Shown here piece by piece: positions 48,274-57,761 of a stretch of DNA of 64,000 bases; the first letter of the stretch is position 1, and every line of letters begins with the position of its first letter. The notes beneath the pieces are model-generated. The model did no database searches. It was given only the letters and a program-made list of their open reading frames with translations, and was not told the DNA's origin. The DNA is from Candidatus Latescibacterota bacterium (GTDB lineage Bacteria > Latescibacterota > UBA2968 > UBA8231): NCBI GenBank assembly GCA_965197905.1, contig CBDAOB010000005.1, positions 832,001 through 896,000 on the forward strand. The letters run 5' to 3'. Made by a program: the position numbers and the translations under genes.

Positions 48274-50016
48274 TCAATGGTTCGGCACCATCTCGATGTA
48301 TGCAAGGGCAAGTCCTGGTTTGGAAGTTTTGTTGAACTGCAACACCTTGAGCGTGACCTCTACCAATCCTGGATGGTCGATCTGGACTGTCCCCAGTTTC
48401 GAGGCGATCTCGGGATAATACTGGGCGTGTGGCGTCTGTAGCTTCTCGTCGGCGCGCAACACGCGGATCAATCGCTTTCCGCCAACGGTGATGCTGTGGC
48501 CCCGAGTATAGCGCAGGGTGCCGGTAACGAGGCGCACGAGATAGCTTCCCGGCCTCAAGATCCTCATCCGCCAGCTCATCCAATTCGCCTTGTTGTGCCA
48601 GTGTTCGACCACTCCGCTGTGGCTGAGCGCGAGACGCCGACCCCGCGCGGGCAGATGGAGCCGGGCCATGCTCGGCAACAGCTTTAAGCGGCCATCGGGT
48701 TGCTGCAGGGGGGCCGGGTCGACCTTCGGCGCGCCGCACAGTTCCAGCGCGACCACCGAAACGTGGGGGTTCGGTTTCTTGGCTGGCAGCTGAAGGCAAA
48801 GAACGTCGTGACCTAACGGTCTGGAGTGGGTCTGCTCGAACGAGAGAGAACTGCTCGGCTTCGATAGCAGGTAAGCGCAGCGCACCTCGGTGCGCAGGCC
48901 GAACAAGCTGAAGCGACCTCCCCTCCAGGTGGTGAACAGCAGAAACAGCTTGTTCCCCTTGCGGGTGACCGTGCCCCAGCTGAAGGAGTAGGGAAACGGA
49001 CTGGCGTCGGTCCCGTAGATCGCTTCGCCATGCAGGCCCATCCAGGCCCCGATCGCCTGCAGGCGCCTTATGCTGGGTTGAGGAATCAAGCCCCCGGCTG
49101 TGGGTCCGACGTTGAGCAGGTAATTGACCCCTTTGCCGGCCAGCTCGGCGAGCAACGCCAGCAGCGTTTTGACCGATTTCCAGTGGTGATCTCTGATCTT
49201 GTAGGCCCAGGTGTCGTTCATGGTTGCCGGGGTCTCCCATAAACCTTCGAGGCGCCCCTGCGGGATCTGGTTGTCACCGAGGCTGCCGTAGTCCCCGACT
49301 CCGTGGCCCACTCGTCCGCTGACGATACAGCTTGGCTGCAGGCTTCGTACCAGCCGACGCAGACTGAGACTGTCCCTGCGACCGATGGAATAGGGGGTGT
49401 CGAACCAGATCAGGCCGATGGGGCCGTACTGGGTGAGCAGCTCGCGCACCTGAGGTTTACATTTTGCCTTCAAATAACGGGAAAACCGTTGCTCCCTCTC
49501 GTCATAATCCCAGTCGTTGCCGAAGCCGTCGGGATGGTGCCAGTCCTGGTCCTGGGAATAGTAGAAGCAGAGCCGGATGCCGGCCTTCTTGCACGCAGCC
49601 GCAAGTTCCGCCATCGGATCGCGTCCGAAAGGAGTGGCATCGATTATATCGTATTCGCTGCACGGCGAGTCGAAGAGCGCGAAGCCATCGTGATGTTTGG
49701 CGGTGATTACCAGGTATTTCATGCCCGCGGTCACCGCCAGCTTGACCCAAGCCTCCGCGTCAAAACGGACCGGATTGAACCGGGGGGCCAGCTTTTCGTA
49801 TTCGCTGACCGGGATACGCGCTCGATGCATGATCCATTCGCCGATGCCATCGATCTCCCGCCCCTTCCAGCGCCCCGCCGGCACCGTGTAGATTCCCCAA
49901 TGAATGAACATGCCGAAACGGGCTTCGTTCCACCACGCCACCCGTGTCCGGTCGGCGGAGCTCTTCAACCTGCGTCCGCCCGTGGCGGATCTACTCGCTT
50001 TATGCGCTTTAGCCAT
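48274..50016 (-). CDS. Alpha-L-fucosidase (GH29)
   Basis: ARFGMFIHWG, ITAKHHDGF, IWFD, YLLNVGP; no signal peptide. Confidence 0.92.
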   Translation of the reverse strand: MAKAHKASRSATGGRRLKSSADRTRVAWWNEARFGMFIHWGIYTVPAGRWKGREIDGIGEWIMHRARIPVSEYEKLAPRFNPVRFDAEAWVKLAVTAGMKYLVITAKHHDGFALFDSPCSEYDIIDATPFGRDPMAELAAACKKAGIRLCFYYSQDQDWHHPDGFGNDWDYDEREQRFSRYLKAKCKPQVRELLTQYGPIGLIWFDTPYSIGRRDSLSLRRLVRSLQPSCIVSGRVGHGVGDYGSLGDNQIPQGRLEGLWETPATMNDTWAYKIRDHHWKSVKTLLALLAELAGKGVNYLLNVGPTAGGLIPQPSIRRLQAIGAWMGLHGEAIYGTDASPFPYSFSWGTVTRKGNKLFLLFTTWRGGRFSLFGLRTEVRCAYLLSKPSSSLSFEQTHSRPLGHDVLCLQLPAKKPNPHVSVVALELCGAPKVDPAPLQQPDGRLKLLPSMARLHLPARGRRLALSHSGVVEHWHNKANWMSWRMRILRPGSYLVRLVTGTLRYTRGHSITVGGKRLIRVLRADEKLQTPHAQYYPEIASKLGTVQIDHPGLVEVTLKVLQFNKTSKPGLALAYIEMVPNH

Positions 50017-50037
50017 AGCACCTATTTCGTATATTGT

Positions 50038-50206
50038 CTGGTGCCCTGTATCACAAGTATGCCTGTATTTAGTCGCCGATTCATCCCGACCTGCGGCGTT
50101 GCGCTCATTCGACGTATGTCACCAATACGTCTCGATCGCGCGCCTTGCAGGCCAGGCTGACTCGACGCCCTCATTTTACAAGCCTACTTCCGATACAGGG
50201 CACTAG
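50038..50206. mobile_element. MITE-like non-autonomous element
   Basis: 30-bp imperfect inverted repeats 50038..50067 and 50177..50206 (25/30), CTGG/CTAG at the outer ends, internal hairpin gacgtat-N7-atacgtc (50111..50131), no ORF. Confidence 0.7.
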
Positions 50207-50320
50207 TGCCTCAGAATTAAGAGCCGTCTCGTCCGTTCAGCAATCACCGGAAGGGAAATAGTCGTGTTCGTTTCAGTCGCCCCGCGATCGCTGCCCCTTG
50301 TGCTCTACCCACCGAAAAAC

Positions 50321-51019
50321 ATGTCCGTGCTGCAGATCTCAGTGGACGCCTTTTCGTCGCAGATATTTCGTCTTTGGATCTCGGAAAACGTGGGAGCCAC
50401 CGGAGGTCAAATCTACAACCAGGCACAGGTCGGCCCCCAAGAGTGGGTCGCCGAGGATAACGGAAACAGCTTGAGGTCGCGCCAGGTCGACGGGGGGGTT
50501 CTACAGCTGGACGCCGTGGTTCGGATCGAAGAGGATCACCTCGTGCTGCGGTATGATCTATTGAACACTGGTGACAATCTGCTTGAGAAGGTTACGGTCG
50601 GCACCTGCTACCAGCTGGCGGAAGCCAGTAACTTCCGGGATCAGGTGGGGGACCGAACCTATGCGTGGGCGGATCGACGCCTGGCCAACGTCGCGGCAGA
50701 CGGTATCCCGGCCGAGTGTCACGATCACCACGAACCCGAAAAATCCTCGTTCCTGAAGATGCCCGATCCGGAAAGCGGTAGGGCGGTAATCGGCGTAGAG
50801 GCGACCTCGGGAGGTTCCACCGCCATGGCCTGGGAGACCCACAACGAATACAGCGGGAACACGGATCCGGCCCTGAACTGCATCCATGGAGGCCCCGTAG
50901 CGCCCAGGTTGGAACCGGGCGCGAGGATTTCGCTCAACGGGTGGCTGGGGTGGTCGACGGGACCCGTAGCCGAACTGTGCGAGCGCGCGCTAGAAGCCGT
51001 GAAAGCGGCGGGCTCGTGA
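50321..51019 (+). CDS. Hypothetical protein
   Basis: First gene of a + strand operon (stop overlaps the next GTG). Start position uncertain. Confidence 0.55.
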   Translation: MSVLQISVDAFSSQIFRLWISENVGATGGQIYNQAQVGPQEWVAEDNGNSLRSRQVDGGVLQLDAVVRIEEDHLVLRYDLLNTGDNLLEKVTVGTCYQLAEASNFRDQVGDRTYAWADRRLANVAADGIPAECHDHHEPEKSSFLKMPDPESGRAVIGVEATSGGSTAMAWETHNEYSGNTDPALNCIHGGPVAPRLEPGARISLNGWLGWSTGPVAELCERALEAVKAAGS

Positions 51020-51885
51020 GCGGTATCCGCATCGGGGTGAACCAGTTCAGCTTTCATCGTTATTACGGCGAGATTCTCCGGCGCGAGACCGATCCGCAGG
51101 TGCGCTGGGATCTGGATAGGTTTCTCGAGCAGATCGAACCCCTCGATCTGGACGCGATCTCGCTGCAGACCATCTATCTCCAGGAGGAGGAGAACTTCCA
51201 GGGCAAGCTAAGGGAGGCCAGCCACGGTTTTCGCGAAACCATCCTCGAGTGGGGCCATCCGGACGGGTTGCAGATGGGGAAGTCGGCGGCAGCCGAGGCG
51301 GATGCTTTAAAGTGGATTGGCCGGGCGCAAGAGCTGGAGATGGATCTCATGCGTATCGTTGCGGGTTACCCTTCCTATCGCGGAGAGGAGCCGGTGGCGG
51401 ACCAGATTCGACGGCTGACTCCCGTGCTGCAGCGACTCTGCGACCAAGCGGCTGAAACGCGGCTCGATCTCGCCCTGGAGAATCATGCCGATTTCACACC
51501 TGCAGAGTTGAAACAGTTGATCGAGGAGGTCGGAAGGGAGAATCTGGGTGCGGCCTTCGACACTGGCAACTGCGTCAGGCTTGGCGTCGAGCTCCTGGAA
51601 GGCACGCGCACTATCGCGCCGTTCACGAGTATGGTGCACCTGAAGGACATCGTCCAGCTGCCCGAATCGGTCGGCGATCCCCTGGCCGTCTGGCCGTCGG
51701 CCGTCCTTGGGCAGGGTTCGACCGACGTGACCGCCGCCCTAGATATTCTGGTCGCCGCTGGTTTCGCCGGTCCGGTGTTGGTCGAGCTGTCCGCACTCTA
51801 TCCGTTCGGTGGCGACGAATGTGAGGCCGTCGCCGCATGTGTGGAATGGCTGAACAGATATGTGGTGACCGATGGCCGAGATTGA
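51016..51885 (+). CDS. Sugar phosphate isomerase/epimerase (xylose isomerase-like TIM barrel)
   Basis: LALENH, FDTGN, VHLKD, LGQG, LVE. Confidence 0.85.
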   Translation: MSGIRIGVNQFSFHRYYGEILRRETDPQVRWDLDRFLEQIEPLDLDAISLQTIYLQEEENFQGKLREASHGFRETILEWGHPDGLQMGKSAAAEADALKWIGRAQELEMDLMRIVAGYPSYRGEEPVADQIRRLTPVLQRLCDQAAETRLDLALENHADFTPAELKQLIEEVGRENLGAAFDTGNCVRLGVELLEGTRTIAPFTSMVHLKDIVQLPESVGDPLAVWPSAVLGQGSTDVTAALDILVAAGFAGPVLVELSALYPFGGDECEAVAACVEWLNRYVVTDGRD

Positions 51886-52669
51886 TCTCGATTTCACACC
51901 GGGCGTTCCGGTGTTCGATGCGAATATGGTTCTTGGGCGACGGCACAACCGTCGCTTTCCGTTCGACACGGCTCCCGAGTTGATCGGCGAAATGGATCGA
52001 TTGAACGTCGATAGAGCCCTGGTCTATACCCCGCACGCGGTCAGCTACGATACTCGGGAAGGCAACGACTACTTGCTCCAGTTGATCGACGGCGAGTCGA
52101 GACTAGTGCCCCAGTTCGTCTGCAATCCGTCGGCGGACGATCTTCAGGATTTTGCGCACCGCTTGCGGTCTCACCGGATTCGCTCTATTCGCATGCTGCC
52201 CGCGGTTCATGGATATCCGTTCCGCGACTGGGTGGTCGGACCGTGGTTGGAGTGGGCGGCCAGCAATGCCATTCCGGTCTGGTTGCCGGTAAACTTCGGC
52301 ATTCCTACACGTCGCTCGGAGCTCGATGCCAATCAGCTCGACCCCGAAGCAGTCCACGACACGCTGTCGGCGTTCCCCAGGTTGCAAGCGGTCCTCTGCG
52401 AGACCCAGATCCGTCACATCACCTGGGTTTTGCCGCTGCTGCGAAGTCTTCCCAACCTGGCGGTGGAGCTCTCGCGTCACGCCATCACCGACGGAGTCCA
52501 GATGTTCATCTCTGCCGTTGGTGTTGAGCGCATCCTGTTCGGCTCGCGCTTTCCCGATTCGCCGTTGGGCGCCCATCTTTTTCATCTGTTCAACTGTGGT
52601 CTCGAGCCGGAACCGCTGCGCCTGATATGCAGCGGCAATCTCGAGCGACTGCTGGCACTGGAAAGGTAA
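51872..52669 (+). CDS. Amidohydrolase-2 family protein lacking the N-terminal HxH motif
   Basis: VFDAN..LG, MDR..VDRALV, ILFGSRFP, GNLERLL. Confidence 0.75.
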   Translation: MAEIDLDFTPGVPVFDANMVLGRRHNRRFPFDTAPELIGEMDRLNVDRALVYTPHAVSYDTREGNDYLLQLIDGESRLVPQFVCNPSADDLQDFAHRLRSHRIRSIRMLPAVHGYPFRDWVVGPWLEWAASNAIPVWLPVNFGIPTRRSELDANQLDPEAVHDTLSAFPRLQAVLCETQIRHITWVLPLLRSLPNLAVELSRHAITDGVQMFISAVGVERILFGSRFPDSPLGAHLFHLFNCGLEPEPLRLICSGNLERLLALER

Positions 52670-52672
52670 CCG

Positions 52673-53416
52673 ATGCAGACGCCGGTTATCGATTTCCACA
52701 ATCATGTGGGGCGCCACGGTCGGTTGTTCATGGACGACGATCCAGACCGCTTTGTCCGATTTATGGATCAGGCAGGGGTCGACCGGGCATGTATGTTCAA
52801 TGTCTGGTACGGCGACGCCCGCCACGGCAACGACATGACGGCAAGGTTCGTTGCCACGTATCCAGACCGTTTCGTCGGTGCCTGCTTCGTCAACCCTCAT
52901 TACCCGGAAGAGATCGTGCCCGAACTGGACCGCTGTTTCGCCGATCTGGGCATGAAGTACATCAAGTTGTATCCTGCCTATCTCGGTCGTCCCATCGATG
53001 ACCCGGCGTACGATATCGTGTTCGAGTGGGCCGATCCCCGTGGCATGGTGATCATGAGCCACCACGATCGCTGGCCGGAACCTCGACGTTACATCGGCTT
53101 GTCACAGCGATATCCGAACATCAGATGGGTCGTCGCCCACGGAGGCAACGGCCCGTTCGGCCAGGAGGACGCCGTGGCCGCCGCCCAGGCGTCTTCCAAC
53201 ATCTACCTGGAGACTTCTACTTCGTTCGGCGACGGCCGCACCATCGAGTTTCTCGTGAACGGGGCGGGAGAAGACCGTGTGCTCTTCGGCTCGGACATGC
53301 CCGAGCAGGACCTTCGCTACCAGCTAGGCAGGGTGGTCACGGCGGAGATCTCGGAGGAGGCGAAGCGAAAGGTGCTTGGATTGAACGCGATGAGACTGCT
53401 TAACCTGGGAGATTGA
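52673..53416 (+). CDS. Amidohydrolase-2 family protein
   Basis: IDFHNHVG, IKLYP, VAHGG, VLFGSDMP, LGLNA.RLL. Confidence 0.88.
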   Translation: MQTPVIDFHNHVGRHGRLFMDDDPDRFVRFMDQAGVDRACMFNVWYGDARHGNDMTARFVATYPDRFVGACFVNPHYPEEIVPELDRCFADLGMKYIKLYPAYLGRPIDDPAYDIVFEWADPRGMVIMSHHDRWPEPRRYIGLSQRYPNIRWVVAHGGNGPFGQEDAVAAAQASSNIYLETSTSFGDGRTIEFLVNGAGEDRVLFGSDMPEQDLRYQLGRVVTAEISEEAKRKVLGLNAMRLLNLGD

Positions 53417-53421
53417 GATAG

Positions 53422-55239
53422 ATGTTCGAAAACCTGAGAGTGGGACACCCGCGCCTGCTGGCATTGGACGAGGATTTCGACCGCGCCCGCACCAACATCG
53501 AGCAGTACGAAGATGCTCGTAGGCTGCGAAACCGTCTCTACGAGGAGGGTTTGCAACTGTTGGAACAACCGCCGGCCGAACACAAGCTGGAAGGACGGGG
53601 CGGTCTTGCCGATCGCAGTCTCGACGAGGTCTGGGTGCTGCTGCCGATCAGCAGGATGGTGGCCGATCGCATCTACACCCTGGCGACGCTCTACCGCCTG
53701 GAAGGGGAGGAGCGGTTCGCGCGCCGTGCGGTCGAGGAGTTGCGATCGATCGCCGCTTTCCCCGACTGGAATCCGTTCCACTTCCTCGATACCGCGGAGA
53801 TGACCCACGCTGCTGCCGTTGGCTACGATTGGCTCTACACCTTCATGGATGAGACCGATCGCGCTCAGGTGCGCACCGCCATCGTCGAAAAGGGACTGAA
53901 GGAAGGGATCCAGGCGTACCGGGAGGAACACCACTTCGTTACCCGGGGAACGAACTGGAACCAGGTGTGCAATGGCGGATTGGGCATGGGTGCCCTGGCA
54001 CTGGCCGATGAGGAGCCCGGCTATGCCGAGCATATCCTGTCGCGTGGATTGGCCTCCTTGCGCCGGGCGATGGAGACCTACGCTCCCGACGGCGGTTGGG
54101 ACGAGGGCCCCATGTACTGGCATTACGGCACCCGTTACCTGGTCTATTTGATTCAGTCATTGAAGATCGCCCTCGGTGATGACTTCGGACTGATCGATCT
54201 TCCCGGCTTCCGCGTCGCGGGTGATTATCGGGTCCAATACATCGGTCCATTGGGTCGCACCTTCAACTATTCTGACTGCGAAGACAGCGCCGGCGGCACC
54301 CCGGAGATGTTCTGGCTCGGTCGCACCTTCGACAAGCCGGAGTACTTCTGGCATCAACGCCAGTGGATCGACGACGACCACATCGGCCATCGCGGCAAAC
54401 CGCGGAACGAGGGCGCCGTTGCCCAGGATTTGATCTGGTTCGAGGGGGGGCAAGAGGATCCGCCGGACTTTCCCCTCGATGTCCTGTTCCGCAAGATCGA
54501 GGTCGCCTTCTTCCGCAGCTCGTGGCACGACGAAGAAGCGTTGTTCGTGGGTTTCAAAGGGGGTGAAGGAGCGGTGAGCCACGGGCACATGGATCTCGGG
54601 TGTTTCGTACTAGACGCGCTGGGGAAACGCTGGGCGTTGGAGCTGGGCATGGAGGAGTACGAGATCCGCGACTTCCTGCTGCAGACTGGACAGGTGAAGG
54701 AGCGATGGGAGATCTACCGGCTGGGCACCGACAGTCACAACACCCTGGTGATCGACCAGACCTACCAGCACCCGAACTCCCGCGCGCCAATCGTTCGCTA
54801 CCGGTCGACACCGGAAAAGGCGTTCGCTGTCGCCAACCTGTCGGAGGCGTATCCCACCACCCGTGGCGTGATGCGCGGCGTCGCCATGTTGGATCGCGAA
54901 GCGGTACTGATCCAGGATGAGATTGCTCTCGACAAGAAGACGGATGTGGCCTGGGCCATGCTCACTGATGCAGAGATTGAGCTGCACGGATCGACGGCGA
55001 TTCTGACCTTGGACGACGTTCATCTCCAGGTGAGGCTGTTGCTGCCGGCTGACGGGGAATTCCAGCTAGAAAGCTGCAATCCGCCGGAGCCGCAAAAACA
55101 GCAGCCCAATACCCGCAAGCTGGCGTTGAATCTCGAGCCGGAGACGAACACTACGATCGGGGTGCTGTTGACCCCGTACCGCAACGACGAGCAGGCGCCG
55201 ACGAGAGCGCCTGACATCGAACCTTTAACCAGATGGTAG
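53422..55239 (+). CDS. Heparinase II/III-like lyase (DUF4962-like N-terminus)
   Basis: HPRLL, WNP.HFLDTAEM, NWNQVCNGG, DGGW.EG..YW.YG, HGHMDLG.F, HNTL; no signal peptide. Confidence 0.82.
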   Translation: MFENLRVGHPRLLALDEDFDRARTNIEQYEDARRLRNRLYEEGLQLLEQPPAEHKLEGRGGLADRSLDEVWVLLPISRMVADRIYTLATLYRLEGEERFARRAVEELRSIAAFPDWNPFHFLDTAEMTHAAAVGYDWLYTFMDETDRAQVRTAIVEKGLKEGIQAYREEHHFVTRGTNWNQVCNGGLGMGALALADEEPGYAEHILSRGLASLRRAMETYAPDGGWDEGPMYWHYGTRYLVYLIQSLKIALGDDFGLIDLPGFRVAGDYRVQYIGPLGRTFNYSDCEDSAGGTPEMFWLGRTFDKPEYFWHQRQWIDDDHIGHRGKPRNEGAVAQDLIWFEGGQEDPPDFPLDVLFRKIEVAFFRSSWHDEEALFVGFKGGEGAVSHGHMDLGCFVLDALGKRWALELGMEEYEIRDFLLQTGQVKERWEIYRLGTDSHNTLVIDQTYQHPNSRAPIVRYRSTPEKAFAVANLSEAYPTTRGVMRGVAMLDREAVLIQDEIALDKKTDVAWAMLTDAEIELHGSTAILTLDDVHLQVRLLLPADGEFQLESCNPPEPQKQQPNTRKLALNLEPETNTTIGVLLTPYRNDEQAPTRAPDIEPLTRW

Positions 55240-55264
55240 TCCCCATCTGTATGGGAGCATAGCC

Positions 55265-56215
55265 ATGTCGAAGATCAGGGTCGGACACATAGGAGCAGGC
55301 GGTAAGGGCCGCCAACATATGGACACTGTGGTGAAGATGGAAGGGGTGGAGTTGGTGGCGGTATGTGATCCGGTCGAACCGCTGTGCTCCAAATTCGCCG
55401 ATGATTACGGAGCCGAGGGCCGCTACGACAAGATCGAAACCATGCTGGAAAATGAGGATCTCGACGCGGCGTTCGTCACGACTCCTGCACATATCAACGC
55501 GATAGCCGCACTTCCTTGCCTTGAGGCGGGGGTTAACACCTTCATGGAGAAACCCCCGGGCATCAGCTTGAAAGAGACCCAGGCTCTACGGGACGCGGGC
55601 GCTCGGACGGGGGCCCAGGGAATGGTCGGGTTCAACCGCCGCTTCGAACCGCAGACCACCCAGACCGCAGACATGGTCCGTGAACGGGGTCCCATCGTTC
55701 AGCTGGTTTGCACCTTTCACAAGAGCATGACGCGTATGGAGCAGCTGGGACGTTGGCCGGACGAGCTCATGGACAATTTCCTGTGGGAAACGCCGATTCA
55801 CTCCATCGACCTGATGCGATTTCTGGCAGGTTCGGAAGTGGCTGAGGTTCACGGAGCGTGCCGCCGGGCGTATCACAAGTTCAAGGATGTATTCGGCGGC
55901 CTGGTGTACTTCGAAAACGGCTGCATAGGCCATCTGATCTTCAACATGACCGGAACGCCGCGGCTGGAGCGTTATGAGATCCACGGCCGGGATGTGTCAG
56001 CTTACATGGAGGAAGACGCCTATGTGCTGCGCGACGGCGAGCGCATCGACATCGCCGCGGGGGATGATTTGGCTGGAACAAGACTGGAAGATCGATATTT
56101 CATCGAGTGCATTCGGGATGGCAAAAAGATCGACCTGCCCGCCGCCAATCTGGATGAAGCGGTGAAGTCGATGGAGGTCGCACATGCCGTTTTACAACGG
56201 TTGCTCCCTACTTGA
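55265..56215 (+). CDS. Gfo/Idh/MocA family oxidoreductase
   Basis: IGAGGKG, EKPPG, GFNRRF, IHSID. Confidence 0.9.
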   Translation: MSKIRVGHIGAGGKGRQHMDTVVKMEGVELVAVCDPVEPLCSKFADDYGAEGRYDKIETMLENEDLDAAFVTTPAHINAIAALPCLEAGVNTFMEKPPGISLKETQALRDAGARTGAQGMVGFNRRFEPQTTQTADMVRERGPIVQLVCTFHKSMTRMEQLGRWPDELMDNFLWETPIHSIDLMRFLAGSEVAEVHGACRRAYHKFKDVFGGLVYFENGCIGHLIFNMTGTPRLERYEIHGRDVSAYMEEDAYVLRDGERIDIAAGDDLAGTRLEDRYFIECIRDGKKIDLPAANLDEAVKSMEVAHAVLQRLLPT

Positions 56216-56340
56216 GGACGAGAATCCGACACCGTTTTGTGTTGAAACGAGTCGTAATCCTCCGGGGTCGACTCTGGCACACCGGGTAGTCGCAAGGATT
56301 ATCGACGTCGGCAACTCTTCGCGGCGGCTCTGCTCGAGAC

Positions 56341-57225
56341 TCAGAGTTTGACGGGTGGTCTGGGTCGGTGCGGTGCAGAGGTCGCTTCGTTGTCGAAGAA
56401 GACGGCCCAATCGCGATAGTAGTGGGTGGCGACTTGCTCCGGATGTGCCTTGCTGCGCGCCACGAAACCGCGCATTGGACGTCCCGACGGGGCGGTCAGG
56501 TCACTGAAGCGGATATCGATGCTCCATCGCACCTTGTCGGTGGTATTGATCACGCTGCGGTGCGCCGTCTCCTTGTGATAGAGTAACACGCCACCCAGAT
56601 TGACAGGGCAGGTCACCACGTCCTCTGGTGAGTAGTGCTCCTCGCCTATTTTCTCTGGTCCCTCCCTGTGCAGCGTGCCCCATTTGTGGCTGCCGCGTAC
56701 GAACTGAAGCGCCCCCATGTCTTGCGTCACATCCACCAGCGGCATCCAGCAGTTCACCATGCGGGTGTCTTCCGAGTCCTCCAGGAGAAAACCACTGTCC
56801 TGGTGAAAGAGGTCGTCCGCTATCTCTGGGAACTGCGCCTGAAAGGCCATCTTCGAGCGCACGGCGAACTGGGGGTGAGCGAGGATCTCCGGTCCGACCA
56901 GCTGTTCGATGACGTCCACCAGGATCGGGTAGGTCCACAGCTTGAAGACGCCGTCGGTTTTTTGGCGCTTGCCCCCGGTGACCGCCTCTTTCATTTCTAA
57001 CGGGTCGTCTGCAGCCTCGCAGAGCTTGACCAACCGTTTTTCGAAGGGGTATTCCGCGAACGTTTCGGGTACCTTGCCGGTGGCCTGGGCCTTCCGCGCC
57101 TCGAACTCGACGATGTCGGCCAGCTCCTGCCTCAAGGGTGCGGAGGCCTCCGCTGGCAGGAGGTCGGGCAGGATGAGGTAACCGTCGTCTTCGAAATGTT
57201 GGATTTGGGAGTTGGACAGGGACAT
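56341..57225 (-). CDS. PhyH-family dioxygenase
   Basis: QIQHFEDDGYL, FHQD, GALQFVRGSH, AHRS, VRWSIDIRF; related to 25400..26335. Confidence 0.88.
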   Translation of the reverse strand: MSLSNSQIQHFEDDGYLILPDLLPAEASAPLRQELADIVEFEARKAQATGKVPETFAEYPFEKRLVKLCEAADDPLEMKEAVTGGKRQKTDGVFKLWTYPILVDVIEQLVGPEILAHPQFAVRSKMAFQAQFPEIADDLFHQDSGFLLEDSEDTRMVNCWMPLVDVTQDMGALQFVRGSHKWGTLHREGPEKIGEEHYSPEDVVTCPVNLGGVLLYHKETAHRSVINTTDKVRWSIDIRFSDLTAPSGRPMRGFVARSKAHPEQVATHYYRDWAVFFDNEATSAPHRPRPPVKL

Positions 57226-57289
57226 GGCGACGTCTCCGAATTCAAGACTAGAACACTGCTAACGTGAATCCGCACAGATCAAAGGGTTG

Positions 57290-57658
57290 TCAAGCCAGCG
57301 CGCGTTCGATGGCAGCACAAATGACGCTGAATTGGATCGGCTTGCGGATGATATCCGCCACTCCGACCAGGCGTTCCTGCTGCGGGTGGTATCCGGTTAC
57401 GACAATGGCTTTAACATCGGGGTCGACTATCTGAATCTCGGCGAGCATATCGTAACCGGACATGGCGGGCATCGTGAGATCCAGCAGCAACACGTCGATC
57501 AACTCTACGTTCTGTTTGTAGACCTCCAGTCCCTGCCGCCCGTCTTCGGCTTCGAGAACCGAATATCCGACCCGCTCCAGGATCCTGCGCAAAAGCGAGC
57601 GGACCGATTCTTCGTCGTCCACGATGAGGATCGTGTGTCTGTCGGAGGAGGGTTCCAT
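57290..57658 (-). CDS. Single-domain response regulator (CheY-like receiver)
   Basis: ILIVDDE, LLLDLTMP, VTGY, KP. Start MEPSS at 57658. Confidence 0.88.
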   Translation of the reverse strand: MEPSSDRHTILIVDDEESVRSLLRRILERVGYSVLEAEDGRQGLEVYKQNVELIDVLLLDLTMPAMSGYDMLAEIQIVDPDVKAIVVTGYHPQQERLVGVADIIRKPIQFSVICAAIERALA

Positions 57659-57761
57659 GGCGATGGGCGTCAGCGGTACGCCCAATAGTAGGTTTTTGAG
57701 ACCACGTGTGCAAAGGCGTATCTTCGCGGCCCATGCAGTCCAACCACGATGATTTCGCTCG

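Noticed and set aside
56240..56311. Hammerhead ribozyme (GAAAC near stems)
   Set aside because: No CUGANGA core on either strand.
30413..57658. Histidine kinase (30413) and receiver protein (57290) as a cognate pair
   Set aside because: They are 26 kb apart and nothing in the sequence links them.
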